From contig JAQGDQ010000294.1 of the NCBI GenBank assembly GCA_030141605.1, positions 124,001 through 188,000 of the forward strand: 64,000 bases of DNA, given 5' to 3'. The notes under the pieces were generated by a model. The model made no database searches. It was not told the DNA's origin and saw only the letters and a program-made list of their open reading frames with translations. Positions 1-13,565 of the stretch are shown here, in pieces. A program made the position numbers and the translations under genes. The DNA comes from Tubiluchus corallicola. Taxonomy: Eukaryota; Animalia; Priapulida. Position 1 is the first letter of the stretch, and each line of letters opens with the position of its first letter.

Positions 1-325
1 ATATATATACATGCAATAAATAAAAATACTTATCATATATATATATATATGAAAATATTATTAGAAAACACTGATGATGTGTGGATATATAAGATGCAAG
101 TCCACAATATAGTAATAATATATTAATAAAAACATTAGAGAAAAACACACACACAGAGCTGTTATATTTCAACATTATTTTAAATTAGATGATATTTTGA
201 TATTTCCCTCAGTAAACCTGTTCTGTTTGAAGATACTATGTATCGAATGTATCGAAAGCTAAACATCTAAATTAAATTAATACTGAAATATAACGGTGTA
301 TGTTTTTCTCTAGTGTTTTCGTTAC

Positions 326-384
<59 letters not shown>

Positions 385-959
385 GGAGAGGGACACACAT
401 ACAGAGAAATACATACAGATACATATATATATACAACGCCTCTATTTACAGCATTAATTGCTATACCAATTTAACAATACGGCAAAATATTTCAAATCAA
501 TATAATATATGACATGCCACAATAACAATATTATGCAATTATGGAATAATAAAGACTATAAGAAACTATACATTTTATAACACAAGATAATAAATATACA
601 GTAACATCAACAAAGCAGTAAACAAGGCGAGTACAAGACGGCAATATGCTACTAAGCCAGTAACTTCGTAATAGTCTGGCAAACTGTGGGGCCTAAACGT
701 GCTGATAGGGGGGGGGGGGGGTGGCAAGACCAGAACACATTTAATTACGAAAAATAATCTCTAAGATAAGGCAAGAAATTAGCAGCGACTTTGGCTTATA
801 CAAACATCTCATCGAACGAAAGATTCTCCAAGAATACGCTTTTATTTGGTTAAATAGACAAGTAATCCGTAGCAATTTCCCAACTTTTCCTGTCACTCTT
901 ATTAACCAGGTCCAGTAGTGCTCAACTTTTGTCATTAAGTGCACACATTGAACAAAAAG

Positions 960-2140
960 TTGTGAGAACTTATGCTCTTATTTGATTTTGGTTGTAGGCG
1001 GCGATGAGCATGACAGGGCGACGCTAACTGTTGACAATGTTGTGACAAAACACACTACTACATACACACACCTTGGCGCTATGATAACGGAAGATGATAA
1101 GATGAGTACAGTTATTGCAAAACATCTTGAGAATAAAAATCCCGACATCTTAAATTCCACGCATTTATTAGTAAGAAAAATGACTATCCGTACTGGGTAA
1201 AGAAAAAAGTTTTGGATAGCGCACTAATAACAGGTGTCTTGTTATTAGTGGAATACTGATTTGAAAAGCGTTATGCCTAACACCATATATATGGATCTCA
1301 TCAAATATCTACTGTCTGTTAAACGGGCATCATGCAATGATCTAGTGCTGTTGGAAACCGACTATCCAACTTTCTCAACATGGGCCAAGTGCAGGCAAAT
1401 GCATCTGTGGAGGAAGATGACAAAGTCTTCAGAGAAACATCGGACATTGTTCGAAGATATGAAATAGTGAATCAGTGTAACAGTGACTTAGCAAAATGCT
1501 TGAGAAACTAATCAGCGGTCAATGAGAAAGTATACACTGCACAGCAACACAACTTACTAAGGGAGCTTTGAACACTAATTCTACTAAACGTATGGTTTAC
1601 AAGGAATTCAACTCGGCCTTGAAAACCCCAAACATACCAGAGAATACTATAGAAAAATATCGCATAGCTTGCTCTCGACTAAGGCTACAAACACATCACT
1701 TAAAAACTGAGACCAGTAGATGGGATGATGAAGATAGAAACCAACAACTATGTACATGTGGAGAGATACAAACAGAAAAACATGTATTAACGAACTGTAA
1801 CTGAAATTAGAAGAAAATATCTAAGTGTGAAGTTTTCTGCACTGTCTAATATTATAGAGAACAACTATGCATTTGAAATTTGCTCGCAAGTGTTACAAAC
1901 ATTTCAAAACTAACTGTGGTTTTACTAATGTTTACTGTTTCGTTAAAATATCAAATTAAAATGTATAACCACTTTTTCAATGTTGTAAAGTTAGTACATC
2001 TATTTCATTTTATGTGCTAATATGATCCACCTGTAATAAATTCTTGAAGAGAATAATGATGGACTGTAAATCTTATTATTTTCTGCTACCCCAGTTCTTG
2101 TATTAATCATTGTATATATAGTCAATAAACTATACTAATA
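960..2140 (+). mobile_element. Degenerate non-LTR retrotransposon (LINE) ORF2 3' fragment
   Basis: Broken frames with YTHLGAMI (RT thumb) and RIACSRLRLQTHHLKTETSRW...LCTCGEIQTEKHVLTNC (C-terminal CCHC motif), followed by an AT-rich 3' UTR with AATAAA. Confidence 0.7.
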
Positions 2141-3346
2141 CTGATTATATACATCTACTCGTGGAGCCAATAGCGATAAAAATGACAGTCACTTATCCAT
2201 TTATTAACCAGGCCCAGCACTGTTTAACTTTCATCACTAAGCACACATATTTACTGCTCTTCATCTTGCTTCATGACACTGTAAGTAATGCAAAGTGTAG
2301 ATGTAGTGGAGGTGATATTGGTAGTGGTGACGACGATGCTGATGCTCGTAATGAGTTACTGTTTGCATAAATGTTACTGCTTGAACGCATGATGTCACGA
2401 AAAATGGGCTTTACATCATACGACGTCAGAAACTAACACTGCAGTTCATGATCATGCTTATCACAGTACCGCCTTCTATTTGTCGGCCACGCGAATGTGA
2501 CAGAAGGGCACCGTTGCCAATCTTAGTAGATTCACTGAGCCGCGCCTAGCTTTGAAAGTTTAACAAAATTTGAGTATCCGAGATAATTTTTATTTAATTT
2601 AAGCTGTGATTTGAAATAAGCTATTGTAATTTCCAATATTTTAGAGCATTATTTATTCTGAACTCGTGTTTACACAATCGTCCGGTTTTCTTTTAAACAA
2701 TGAGTCCATCGAGTTGCATCACATACCAAGAACGTGGGATGCCCGGATGACACGCGATTTTATGGCGTGACGGAACACAATTACGGGAGAAAGGACCAGC
2801 ATCCGAGGTCTTCCTCGACTGTGTGAACAAGCAGAAGTGCAAATTGATTATCCTTGAACCTACTTGGTCGAAATCTCCTGGCTAAGCTCAACAGGCAGCC
2901 ATGCTTGACCAGCTCAACACGAAGCCATGCTGATTGGTTCATTTATTCTGATCAGAAGCCAAGTATCGGCTAACGAAACCTCGCAAGATTCGGTAATTAA
3001 ATACTTGCGGGCGCAATCTCATTAGTGCACACTAATTACTGGTCTTTGTAGCCATGCGCAGCAGTAAACACGTGCTTGTTACAGTCGGTATAATTGAGTT
3101 GCCAAATGCACTTGATAAGTAATGTAGTGAGTTTTTAAAACAAGCGCACGTGTTCAATGATTTTTCGCCTACGCAAACGACATGCATAATCAGAAACGTT
3201 GATACTTAGTTTTATAAGAAATACTGTTGAATTTAATGTCTGTTGATGCCACACATAGTAAATCTCTGTATTCAAATGGCAAATTTGTGTATGTTACTAG
3301 CACACCACAAACAATTTCAGACTAAAGATGAGAAACAAGCAGTTAA

Positions 3347-3998
3347 AGGACAAGAAAAGAGGTACCTGAAGTAGGTTTCAGAAAAATCGCCTTAAAAACT
3401 GTATTATTTTATAGCAATTTTATGCGTATATCGCAGTGGCGTTCAAAGGATTTTTTGTTTGTTTTCATTTTAAATCGCCTACAATACTGTTCCAACCGCG
3501 CCATTACATGACGTCATATACGCACAACGTAAATCAGGGGGGGAAAGGAAATGCAAATCTATATTACTTAGCATTTTGTTTACCTGCTTGAAAGACTTAT
3601 GTAACTAGAAAAGAAAATTTTTAATTATTTAAATGTTTTCACCAATTGGTAAAATGTCGTTGACTCACCCTCCAGGGTGCACCACTCACTAACCAAAAAC
3701 GTATTTTTAATCTTATTGACAAGATACAGTAATTTTAAATTTTCCTTAGTTAGTGATGTGTGCGCTACGAATGCCCTAATTTTTCTTTCAAACTTTACAC
3801 AATGTTATCTAAACTTGTTTCAAATGACCTGTCGTCAAAACGGCTGCGTCTAACGGTCATCGCGGGAGGTTAAACTTACATGTTTTATACGGCGTTACTG
3901 CCGACTGAAGCCCGTATGTAAAAAGGCGGTATCTAAGTGGTATGAAATTTCAAGACGAATTTTTTAAGTTTTATGTATGTGGAGGTTTTTCTTGTGCT
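3347..3998 (+). mobile_element. Kolobok/T2-type MITE, family A
   Basis: TTAA|AGGACAAGAAAA...TTTTCTTGTGCT|TTAA; non-coding and multicopy in this window. Confidence 0.8.
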
Positions 3999-4617
3999 TT
4001 AAATGATAACAGTAAATTAAACCCAACATAATAACTTACTGCGTGACTTGTTCTTTCCTTTAACTTAAGTGTACTCAATGCATATTTATCTTGCACTGTT
4101 TTTGCCACGCACGACCTTTTGATAAAAGACGTTTGCGCGACTAATAGTTTTTAACGATTGGCAAAAGCAGTATACGCGTAATTAGATAACCTAGGGGCTT
4201 CCTTGTCAATACTCCAGAATATCTATTGAATCAGCTGTGCAAAGCTGAAGTAGCAAAGTAAAAATCAAAGGTGCTACACGTGTGTCTTCTTGTATGCGTG
4301 TTTTTGTTGTCATGTGCTCTGTTTTATTGTAATTTCAGTAATTTTAGTCTCATGTTTTAATATGTAATCTTAATGTTTTATACATACATATACATATATG
4401 TATATATATATATATATATGTGTGTATATATATATGTATGTATGTATGCATATATATATATATATATATATATACATATTTAGTTTATATGTATGTTTTA
4501 CATGCATTTAAAATCTGAAATAAAAATGTGAATTGAACTGAATTGAATATGCTCCACTTTATCAATTGCCAAAACACTGACAAATTATTTTAAGTTGAAA
4601 CACCTCTGAAACATTAA

Positions 4618-5078
4618 AGGAAAAGCTTACCCAATCTTAAACTGTATGTCAAAATAATCTACCCTTTAAACTATTGAAACGGGTACTGTACCTCTCCGTT
4701 CAGATGTGTTCGTTGGTGACGTACTGCACATGTTCAACAGCTTCACGCATGAGCACAGTGGTAATTTTGAAGTTTGAGTTTTTGTCTTAAAACTTTTTTA
4801 CAATAGTTTTATTACAATACACTGAATCTCTTACAGTAGCACTGTACTTCAATTTTCGCTTTCGCAAACACGTGCAAAATACCCAGGGAATATTTTTGCT
4901 GTTGAAAATTATGTTAGTTTGTGATGTAATCAATAGTTGGGGTTACCCGCAGTTAATTAAGATTTTAATCTACTATTTAACTATCAGAAACCCTTTTCCA
5001 GTATTATTGGTGTTAAAATGTATACTCTTTACCATACTTGAAAATGGGTTAGTATATGAAAAATCATCCTGTCTTCCT
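4618..5078 (-). mobile_element. Kolobok/T2-type MITE, family B
   Basis: Ends ATCATCCTGTCTTCCT|TTAA, TTAA at both sides; homologous to 23015-23626. Confidence 0.75.
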
Positions 5079-5639
5079 TTAACTGCTTTTAGAGTAAAAT
5101 TGTACTATTTGAACAAAATTGATATCCAAAAGTATAATATAAAAATTACATCATTAAAAGAAAGGACAAGTCACTTAACATGTTGGGTTTATTTTACTGT
5201 TATCACTTAAATTTATAAAAATATAACAAAGAAATTTGCAAAAAACTGTTCACAAATCGAAAAGTTAATTTATATTATCGCTGTATAGAAATTTTCAGGT
5301 GCGGTGATATCCACCATGTAACTGGAGGAACTTTTCGTAAGCATATCATGGCTTTCTGCGCTATTTACACTAATCCAAACTTCTGCAGCTGTACTAGTGT
5401 TCCTGTACAGATAGCACAAAATTCGCTACCAAATTTTTTGTAAAAAGTTATACTTTTCACGGAAATTGGCAATGTGCTGGCGACGAATGACGTAATTGTT
5501 GGAAGAATGAGTGTTCAAAATGGGAGCGCCCAAGCGTGAAATGACCGCGACTTTAAAGTGATTTTACTTACTAGTAAAGTTTTTGCGTACTGCAATAACT
5601 CATGGAAACAACAAAGAGATTAACATAAATAATTCAATC

Positions 5640-5850
5640 AGTTATACAGTGAAATAGAGAATTAATATTGGAGATTTACTGAAATTTATTGTTGATGGTG
5701 CGAATTGCAAATGGATAGAAATAATTTAAAGTTCTTGTGGTTTTAGCGTTAACTGAGTGGAATCTACGACCAGAGGGAAGCATTTCAAAATATTTATTAC
5801 CTGGATGGAATTCAACTTTCATGATAACCCGCGCTCTCTTTACGACACTA
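5640..5850 (-). mobile_element. Rex1/Babar-like LINE 3' fragment
   Basis: HPGNKYFEMLPSGRRFHSVNAKTTRTLNYFYPFAIRTINN*, the characteristic LPSGRR C-terminus. Confidence 0.7.
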
Positions 5851-5909
5851 GTTTCATATAAATATACATATATGTACTTATACATATATGTATAATGCAT
5901 ACACACCAT

Positions 5910-5932
5910 ATGTGTGTGTGTGTGTGTGTGTT

Positions 5933-6031
<99 letters not shown>

Positions 6032-6056
6032 GCGTCTGCGTGTGCGTGTGTGTGTG
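5910..6056. repeat. (TG)n microsatellite
   Basis: Directly visible. Confidence 0.95.
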
Positions 6057-7099
6057 TACTTGATTAATATGATTTCATGACGTACGCATAAACTGCCATT
6101 GCTGTGCATAAAATTTTGCACGAACAAGAGTTTTTGGAATACAAGAGTTCATTTTACGTCAGTTTATTTACAAAAGAGCTTGAGCCTGTTTACATATTTG
6201 TGGTGTACAAAATAATTAACATACATGTAATGGAAAATATGAGAAATTTTATTACCTTTCTTCAATATTATATACCTTCTACGGGATTATATCAAACAGT
6301 TTTTATTCTAACATAGACAGGTCTTGCATTCTGAAAGCCTTGCTTTGCCACTGTCGAATATGGTGTGAATTCCCCAGTAATTTACGCATGACGTCATTAA
6401 TCAATTCTCTATCGATCCGGGCACTGATTTCGGCACAGTTTACAGCTAATTAAGAAAAGCATTAAAGCGAAGAAACTAGTTTAATCTACCTCTGCAGCCG
6501 ATCTTAGAGAGCAATTAGAAAAAGTACGATGTCGCGGAATGCCTTGCGTGGAGACTCGTAAATATTTAAACAACAGACATCTTTTAGTTTCTAATCAATA
6601 TCACCTGAGCCGTATATGCGTTCACATCTCTACTTAATTATTTACTACGAAACGTTACATACGGGTAGTTCAAAAGTCGCTAAGAAATGCGCACCGCGGG
6701 AGTAATTGTGAAAAGCAAAACCATGGAAAAGATAAATATTACAACAGCAACAACATCCTCATTCATCACCATGGCAACGCGGCTATTACAACACGCTGCA
6801 CCTAATGCAGTGACATGGAACTACACTGTAGTAGCAGTAACAATGTGGAACGACCTACTAATATTGAAAATGGTGATGGTAACGTTAAGTACGCAGTAAT
6901 TGTGTTAAAGACACAATCACCACCACATGGGGGACATTATGATCATTGCCAGGGCAATGAAGTACAATGAGTCGCCTGTGGAAGCTGCCCAACTGGCTGC
7001 TTTTTAACATTGAATTTCACATTATGTAAGTATTATAGGAACTCAATTTTCAAGAGTCAGAGTGCGCTACTTTAGCGGAATTAACGTCAAACAAAGCGC

Positions 7100-7710
7100 C
7101 AAAGAAAACTGTGAGTATGTTTTCACACACAATTTAAAGCAAATTACAGTAAATAACAAATTTGGAAATAACTCTATATCAAAACAGGCCATACATTTAT
7201 GGAACTTACTACCCAGTGAAATAAAACTAATAGAATCTCTCCACCACTTTAAAAAGAAATTAAAAGAATATCAATATAACAGGTTTCAACTTCCACATTG
7301 TGCATCTGATACTAATTACACAGACTCAATTTTCATCTACCCCCGCCCCTAACTCCATAAAACGATTAAAAATGTAAAATTAAAAAAAATATATGTAATG
7401 TAAAACATGTTTCTGTTGTGTCATGTTAAATGTATATATAGTGTAAAATATGTCTTGTAAAATTTAATGTTTTTTTTTGTAATATTGTTTTGTAAAAATA
7501 TTTTAATATTGTGTTTGTAAATATGTTCATTTATTGTATATAATTAGGACTTAGTTTTACACTTTAGTTTTTTTAGTCTGCACTGGACGCATTTGTCTTG
7601 AACAGTGTTGTTTTTAACATTACGCTGAGGATTACTCAATTTTATTGTAATGAGTGAGCCATTTTTAATGACAAATAAAGAATTTATATATATATATATA
7701 TATATATAAA
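7100..7710 (+). mobile_element. CR1/L2-group LINE 3' fragment
   Basis: QAIHLWNLLPSEIKLIESLHHFKKKLKEY, then a 3' UTR with the motif cactggacgcatttg, AATAAA and a (TA)n tail. Confidence 0.7.
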
Positions 7711-7954
7711 TGTATTTTAACATTATTGTAGATCGTAAGTGATTAGCACTTTCAGCCCGCATTTCACACCAGATTTGTCAAACGGTAGGAAACAAAGTTT
7801 GGTCGCCTTGAAATTCTCACAGCTCGATAACAAAGATATTATGTTCAAATCAGAGCTACTATATCGCAAAACACCAGTCGCAAACAATCGAAAACGAACT
7901 ATGGATTATCACTATTCAGACAGCTACAATAAGCCAATTCACAGTTTCGTTGTG

Positions 7955-8290
7955 CGCAAGCGCAGTTGCTGCAGGTCAAATGTTAAGTGTACCACAGCAA
8001 GGCGTCTTAACTACAGCTGCCATGTGGCTAAAGCAAAGCCGTCTACTGCATCAGTTAAGTAACTTCTGCTGTTTTACGTGGACTTTACTTAACTATGTAT
8101 TAATCTGTGCGTAAAGTGATTTACTAGCAGGATCTTGCTTGGGAGCAAGAAAAAATGGACTAGGTAAGGTTCTATCTAGCTGTTAAAACTGTTAGTATTC
8201 CAATAGGTTGGGGTTGCAAGGCGTTGTCAAGTGTACACAAACGCGTTGTCTGGTGCACTTATCCTTTGACCTTTTCACGATCATCATCAA
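7955..8290 (+). mobile_element. Dispersed TIR repeat, family C
   Basis: GGTCAAATGTTAAGTGTACC...GGTGCACTTATCCTTTGACC inverted ends; reverse-complement copy at 49047-49400. Confidence 0.7.
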
Positions 8291-8851
8291 TCGATGAAAC
8301 AGTAAAAAGGCTTATTGAAGCAGCAATAATGGAAAAGGCTGAGATGTGGAAAACTACATTGAATTTGACTCAGAATAAGCAGTTTAGCAGTTTTTCTCCT
8401 CTTCCAATCGTTTCGCAAAACCCACGTGTTGGCTTCTCAAAGTCTGTTGCTCTAGCCAACAAATGCAGCGAAGATTTACACAATAAACGGCGTAAAGTAT
8501 GGCAGCCGCACAATAACAAGGGTGATTTATGAATTTCCGTATACATGTACGTTGCAAAGAAACACGGACATTGATTACCATTAACGAGACGCATGTATAC
8601 GGGTAGGTATAGATTCGTTAACGGGTGAATGTTGAATACACAGTCCGACGACAAACCAGGGGAAAAGAAGCCAGAAAAAAGCTTGTATAACTGTGATTGA
8701 GCAGAAAGACTGCACAAGAGAGATATGAAGTGGATTACAGTCGCCACAGATTTAAGCCATCGTGCGAATAATTACATCTCAGAGGAATGCTTCATAACTG
8801 GCTTCGTACAACATACTTTCTATCCAAACGGTCTTCGCTAATCGCTTTTAA

Positions 8852-9312
8852 AGAGAATAGAAGGCATTTTTAAAATATGGCCCAAAGACTTTCCACCCTG
8901 AGTTATATTACTTACCCGTTTGAAAGACTTCTGTAACTTGAAAAGAAAATTCTTTGTAATTAAAAATGTTCGCGCATTTTGTTTAGAATGTCACTGACTT
9001 ACCTTCCCAGTGTGCACCAGTGATTCACCAAAAGACGTATTTTGTATTTTATTGACGAGCTACAGTACTTAGTTAGTGAACAGTATGCTACCAATACTCT
9101 GATTATTTTTTCAAATTTTACGCAACACTATCTAAACTTGTTTCAAACGACTTACTTTTAAAACGGCTGAGGTCTAACGGTCATCACGGGAATTTAGATT
9201 TTCAAATTTTCACAACGTTGCTGCTAATGTAAGTTCATCAGTAAATCAGTGCGTAGGTGACAAAATTTCAAGACGAATTCTTTATCTTTGTGCAAGTAAA
9301 GGGTTTTCTTGT
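8852..9312 (+). mobile_element. Family A-related MITE (subfamily A2), abutting the next element
   Basis: TTAA|AGAG start like 15606; body homologous to family A; ends TTTTCTTGT|TTAA. Confidence 0.65.
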
Positions 9313-9316
9313 TTAA

Positions 9317-9895
9317 AGGACAAGAAAAGGGGTACATGAAGTAGGTTTCAGAAAAATCGCCTTGAAAATTATATTACTTTACAACAATTTTATGCGCATA
9401 TCGTACTCGTGTTGAAAGAATTTTTTGTTTGATTTCATTTTAAAATTGAAGCAAACGTAAATTAGAGGAAGAAAAGGAAATGTTAAACTATGTCCCAAAA
9501 AACTTTCCATGCAAAGTTATGTTACTTAGCATTTCACTTACCTGCACGAAAGACTTATGTAACTAGGAAAGAAAATGATTAAATATTCAAAGTACGTTCA
9601 CCAATTGGTAAAATGTCGCTGACTCACCCTCCAGGGTGCACCACTCACTAACCAAAAAAGTATTTTTAACCTAATTGACAAGATACAGTAATTTTAAATT
9701 TTGTTCAGTTCGTGTGCGCAACGAATGCTCTGATTATTTTTTCAAACTTTACACAATGTTAACTAAACTTGTTTCAAATGATTTATCGTCAAAATGGCTG
9801 CATCTAATGGCCATCGAGGGAGCTTAAATGCACGTGTTTTATACAGCGTTACTGCCTACGCAAGTCCTGTATGCAAAAAGACTCGTTCTTGTGCT
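9317..9895 (+). mobile_element. Kolobok/T2-type MITE, family A
   Basis: TTAA|AGGACAAGAAAA...TTCTTGTGCT|TTAA. Confidence 0.8.
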
Positions 9896-10847
9896 TTAAG
9901 TATATTAATTGTTCGAATTGTGTTCACCATATCAGTTTGTGGCATCATTACGTATGGAACTTTTCCGGGATAAACTGATAATAAACAAATGTTTAGAATA
10001 TTCACGATCGTATCCTGCCGGCACAAAACTAATAATATGATATGTAGGCCCCTCGAAGCGGTATACAAGTTTTATATCACGAAAATGCAGCGTATATGCG
10101 AAATTTTGTAATTTAACAAACTAACATACTTTAACAAACTAATATTGCGTTCTAAAGACACGAATGAGTAAAAATATTTCAATTTACGTTTCACCTGTAA
10201 TAATTTCACTATCACCACGTGTACATCTTCTAACCTGCTTGTAGTAGGCGACAAAAAGACCAACGATGCGCCTGGATTACTGTAAGGAAATACCTGGATT
10301 ACTTTGAACAAGTCTTGTGCCACGTAGCATTTTAGCCAAACACAGGTGTGAAATTTTTCCTAATATTGGACACAACGTAATTAACTAATTCCCAACAACG
10401 AAGTTACCAAAAGGCCTGAACTTATCAAATCAAGGCGGCTATAGTTAAAAGTGGCGGCTCCAGTTAAAAGTGGCGGCTCCACCCAAACTGATTATTAATA
10501 TTAAGGTCTTCATAAAGAACTAATGGAAGACACAGGTGCACAGAAAAGAAAGGAATTGCAAATGCAAAAACTTACAATAATGACTAATTTGGAACCTAAA
10601 AACACAGACAGCTTACAACTGCTAAGAACAAGAATTAAATGGAAGATATCGAAGTAATTGAACAACTTACAGTAATGCGATCAAGAGCGAATCCGTGGCA
10701 ATGAGCACGTACTCAAAAATCAGCTTAAAAAGACAAGAATCAATACAAAGATTCTCACTAATGTAGCTGAAATTGTTTTAGAGAACAGAGATGCCAAATC
10801 GATTATAAAAAGCGTTATAGCTTGTAAACCAAAAATTCGAACATCTT

Positions 10848-11203
10848 GTTAGTTAGTCAGTCAGTCAGTTACTTAGTTACTTAGTCAGTTAGTTAGTTAC
10901 CTACCTACCTAGCTATCTACCTACCTACCTACCTACTTAGTTAGTTAGTTACTTATGGACTTGCTTGCATAGTTAGTTACTTATCTACTTGCTTGTTTGC
11001 TTGCTTGCTTACTTACTTACTTACTTACTCACTCACTCACTCACTCACTCACTCACTCACTCACTCACTCACTCACTCACTCACTCACTCACTCACTCAT
11101 TCACTCACTCACTCACTTAGTTGCATGGTTGGTTGGTTGGTTGGTTGGTTGGTTGGTTGATTGGTTGGTTAGTTAGTTATTTAGTTAGTTAGCTAGTTAG
11201 TTA
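10848..11203. repeat. Compound tetranucleotide microsatellite
   Basis: Blocks of TTAG, TCAG, CTAC, TTGC, TTAC, TCAC and TTGG. Confidence 0.9.
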
Positions 11204-11204
11204 C

Positions 11205-11447
11205 ACTATACTGTAGCACTGTACTTCAATTTGCGCTTTCGAAAACACGTACAACACGCTCGTATAATATTTTTGCTATTGAAAATTATGTTAGTTTGTG
11301 ATGTCATCAATAGTTGAGCTCGTGAGTAGGTCTTTAACCTATTATTTAATTATTAGAAACGCTTTTGCAGTATCAATTAGGTTAAAACGTATACTTTTTA
11401 TCGGATTTGAAAATGGGGTAGTATATGAAAAATCATCCTGTCTTCCT
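11205..11447 (-). mobile_element. Family B MITE, truncated
   Basis: Ends ATCATCCTGTCTTCCT|TTAA. Confidence 0.7.
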
Positions 11448-11788
11448 TTAAATACACCAATTCCGTGCCTATATATTACTGTCTTAAAAGATACAATACT
11501 TTGCATAACAAGTTTGCGAATAATCTCTAATCATGTATTGATAGAAGCTTTAAGAATAATGAATTTTTGTTTGACGAAAGACAGTGGCCCAGACTCAAAA
11601 TAACAGTACAGAATACGTAAATAACTTCAATACTTCATCACAAATTTCAAACGTGTGTTCGTTTTCAGATATATTAATAATATTAGCAAAATTTACACTT
11701 ACACGCATGTTATGCTTGATTATTAGGCTATGACGACAACGGCAGTGGTAGAAATACAAAGCGACAGCGATGACGGTGGATACAATAA

Positions 11789-12213
11789 CAGAGTTCCCAA
11801 AGAATTTTGAAATAAATTTCCACGACTTTTCCCTGACCAAATATTGATTTTCCATGACCAAGATACGCAGAAATTGCATTACCAATATACATGTTCAAAT
11901 ATTTTACTGGACATTATACTGATATATACTGCGTCGGCCAATCATTATTTTTGGAACAGATATCGAAACTGGGAACCTGTCATAGCAAAATTTTATTTGA
12001 ACGCGAATCACTGAAAAACATGTTTGGAAAAATATCGGTTCACGGTTATTATTTTTGTAACCCTTTCCAATTTCCCTGACCTTTCGTCCCCTTTTCATCA
12101 CTTTCCCTGACTTTTTATCAAATTATCTTTTCCCCTGATTTTTCTATGACTTTCCACAATAGCCTGTATTTTAAAGGATTTTCCAGGATTTTCCCGGAAC
12201 CGTGTGAACCCTG
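11789..12213. mobile_element. TIR MITE (CAGGGTTC termini)
   Basis: CAGAGTTCCCA...TGTGAACCCTG; near-TSD ACAATAA/CCAATAA; TTTCCCTGA subterminal repeats. Confidence 0.7.
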
Positions 12214-12377
12214 CCAATAAGTGGATACACTCCATCTAAGTGAAGCGAAAGAAGCCCACTAACACGCACGCATAGATAACTTACATTGCAGCAGAAGTTA
12301 TAAATGACATTAAAATGGGACGAATGACGTGATTTTTACTGAATGTGGCGGTTTGAAAAGTGGTGGGTATCCGCGGT

Positions 12378-12620
12378 GCACACACACACACGCGCGCGCG
12401 CGCACAATCATAAACACACACGCTTGCGCTCTCTATCACACACACGCACACACACACACACTCACTCACGCATGCACGCACACGCACACACACTCACTCA
12501 CGCCCGCACGCACACGCACACACACACACGCACGCACGCGCGCGCACACACACACACACACTCACGCACGCACGCGCACGCACACTCACTCACGCCCGCA
12601 CGCACGCACACGCACGCACC
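12378..12620. repeat. (CA)n/(CACG)n microsatellite
   Basis: Directly visible. Confidence 0.9.
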
Positions 12621-13042
12621 CTAATCAAGTGGCTGAAACGTCATCGTGTATGTCCCTGCAGTCCAAACAAGCATGGCTGCATTAATTCCAGTCAGTGATT
12701 ACTTAGAACGGAACTACTGTTTTATAGCCTGGTAATGTGGGTGTGAAAACAGCACTTGGGTCCTCAAAAATCGCCATCACCAAGGCCCGATTTCAATTTC
12801 ATCGCCTGACGCACAGCAACAAACGAGTACAGTGTGTGCACAGTCTGTCAATAACTGTGTTTAATCATGCGAAACTTCAACAATATTAAAATAATACTGC
12901 GTCAACTCAAACACAAGTCAATATAACGTTTAATGGCAACGTGCTTAGCAGCGTGTGGAAATTTCAACCTGCGTTAGTCAAGGTTGTGGACAGAGGCAGG
13001 CAAGGTATCATTAAGTAACATTATGGCTGCCAACAGGCGCTA

Positions 13043-13565
13043 CGGTAACCGGTAATAAAATCACAGGAAAAAGTCACAATTTTGAGTAGGGAAAAAAGTC
13101 ACAATTTTGGCTAGCAAATAGTCACAATTTTATCTAGCAAAAAGGTCGCAATTTTGGCTAGGAAAAAAGTCACAATTTTGGCAAGGGCAAAAGTCACAAT
13201 TATGGCTAGTAAATAGTCAAACTTTTGGCAAGCAAATAGTCACAAATTTGGCTAGGAAAAAAGTCACAATTTTGGCAAATGAGTCACATATATTGGCAAA
13301 AAAGTCACAATTTTGAGCAAATAGTCTCAAATTTTGTCTAGCAAAAAGGTCGCGAGTTTGGCTAGGAAAAAAGTCACAATTTTGGCTAGGAAAAAAGTCA
13401 CAATTTTGGTTAGCAAATAGTCACAATTTTGGCTAAAAAAAAGTCACAATTTTGGCTAGCAAATAGTCAGAATTTTGGCTAGGAAAAAAGTCCTTCGATC
13501 TCTTATGGTTAGGGTTACGCATAGAGTTAGTTGTTTTTTTCCTGCGACTTTGTTATCTGGATTCG
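13043..13565. repeat. TIR-bounded element with an internal ~22-23-bp tandem array (AAAAAGTCACAATTTTGGCTAG)
   Basis: ~19 units; left CCGGTAATAAAATCACAGGAAAAA is inverted relative to right TTTTTCCTGCGACTTTGTTATCTGG; GGTTAGGGTT precedes the right end. Confidence 0.85.

Noticed and set aside
4872-5210. Recurring ORFs with ENG.VYEKSSCLPL (also 11298, 29962, 61104) and the 23292/31311 ORFs
   Set aside because: Chance translations of MITE family B; the frames are not conserved between copies.
8290-8845. Coding-like segment with ORFs on both strands (ITVATDLSHR resembles a helicase motif)
   Set aside because: Multiple stops and no second supporting motif; cannot be assigned without a search.
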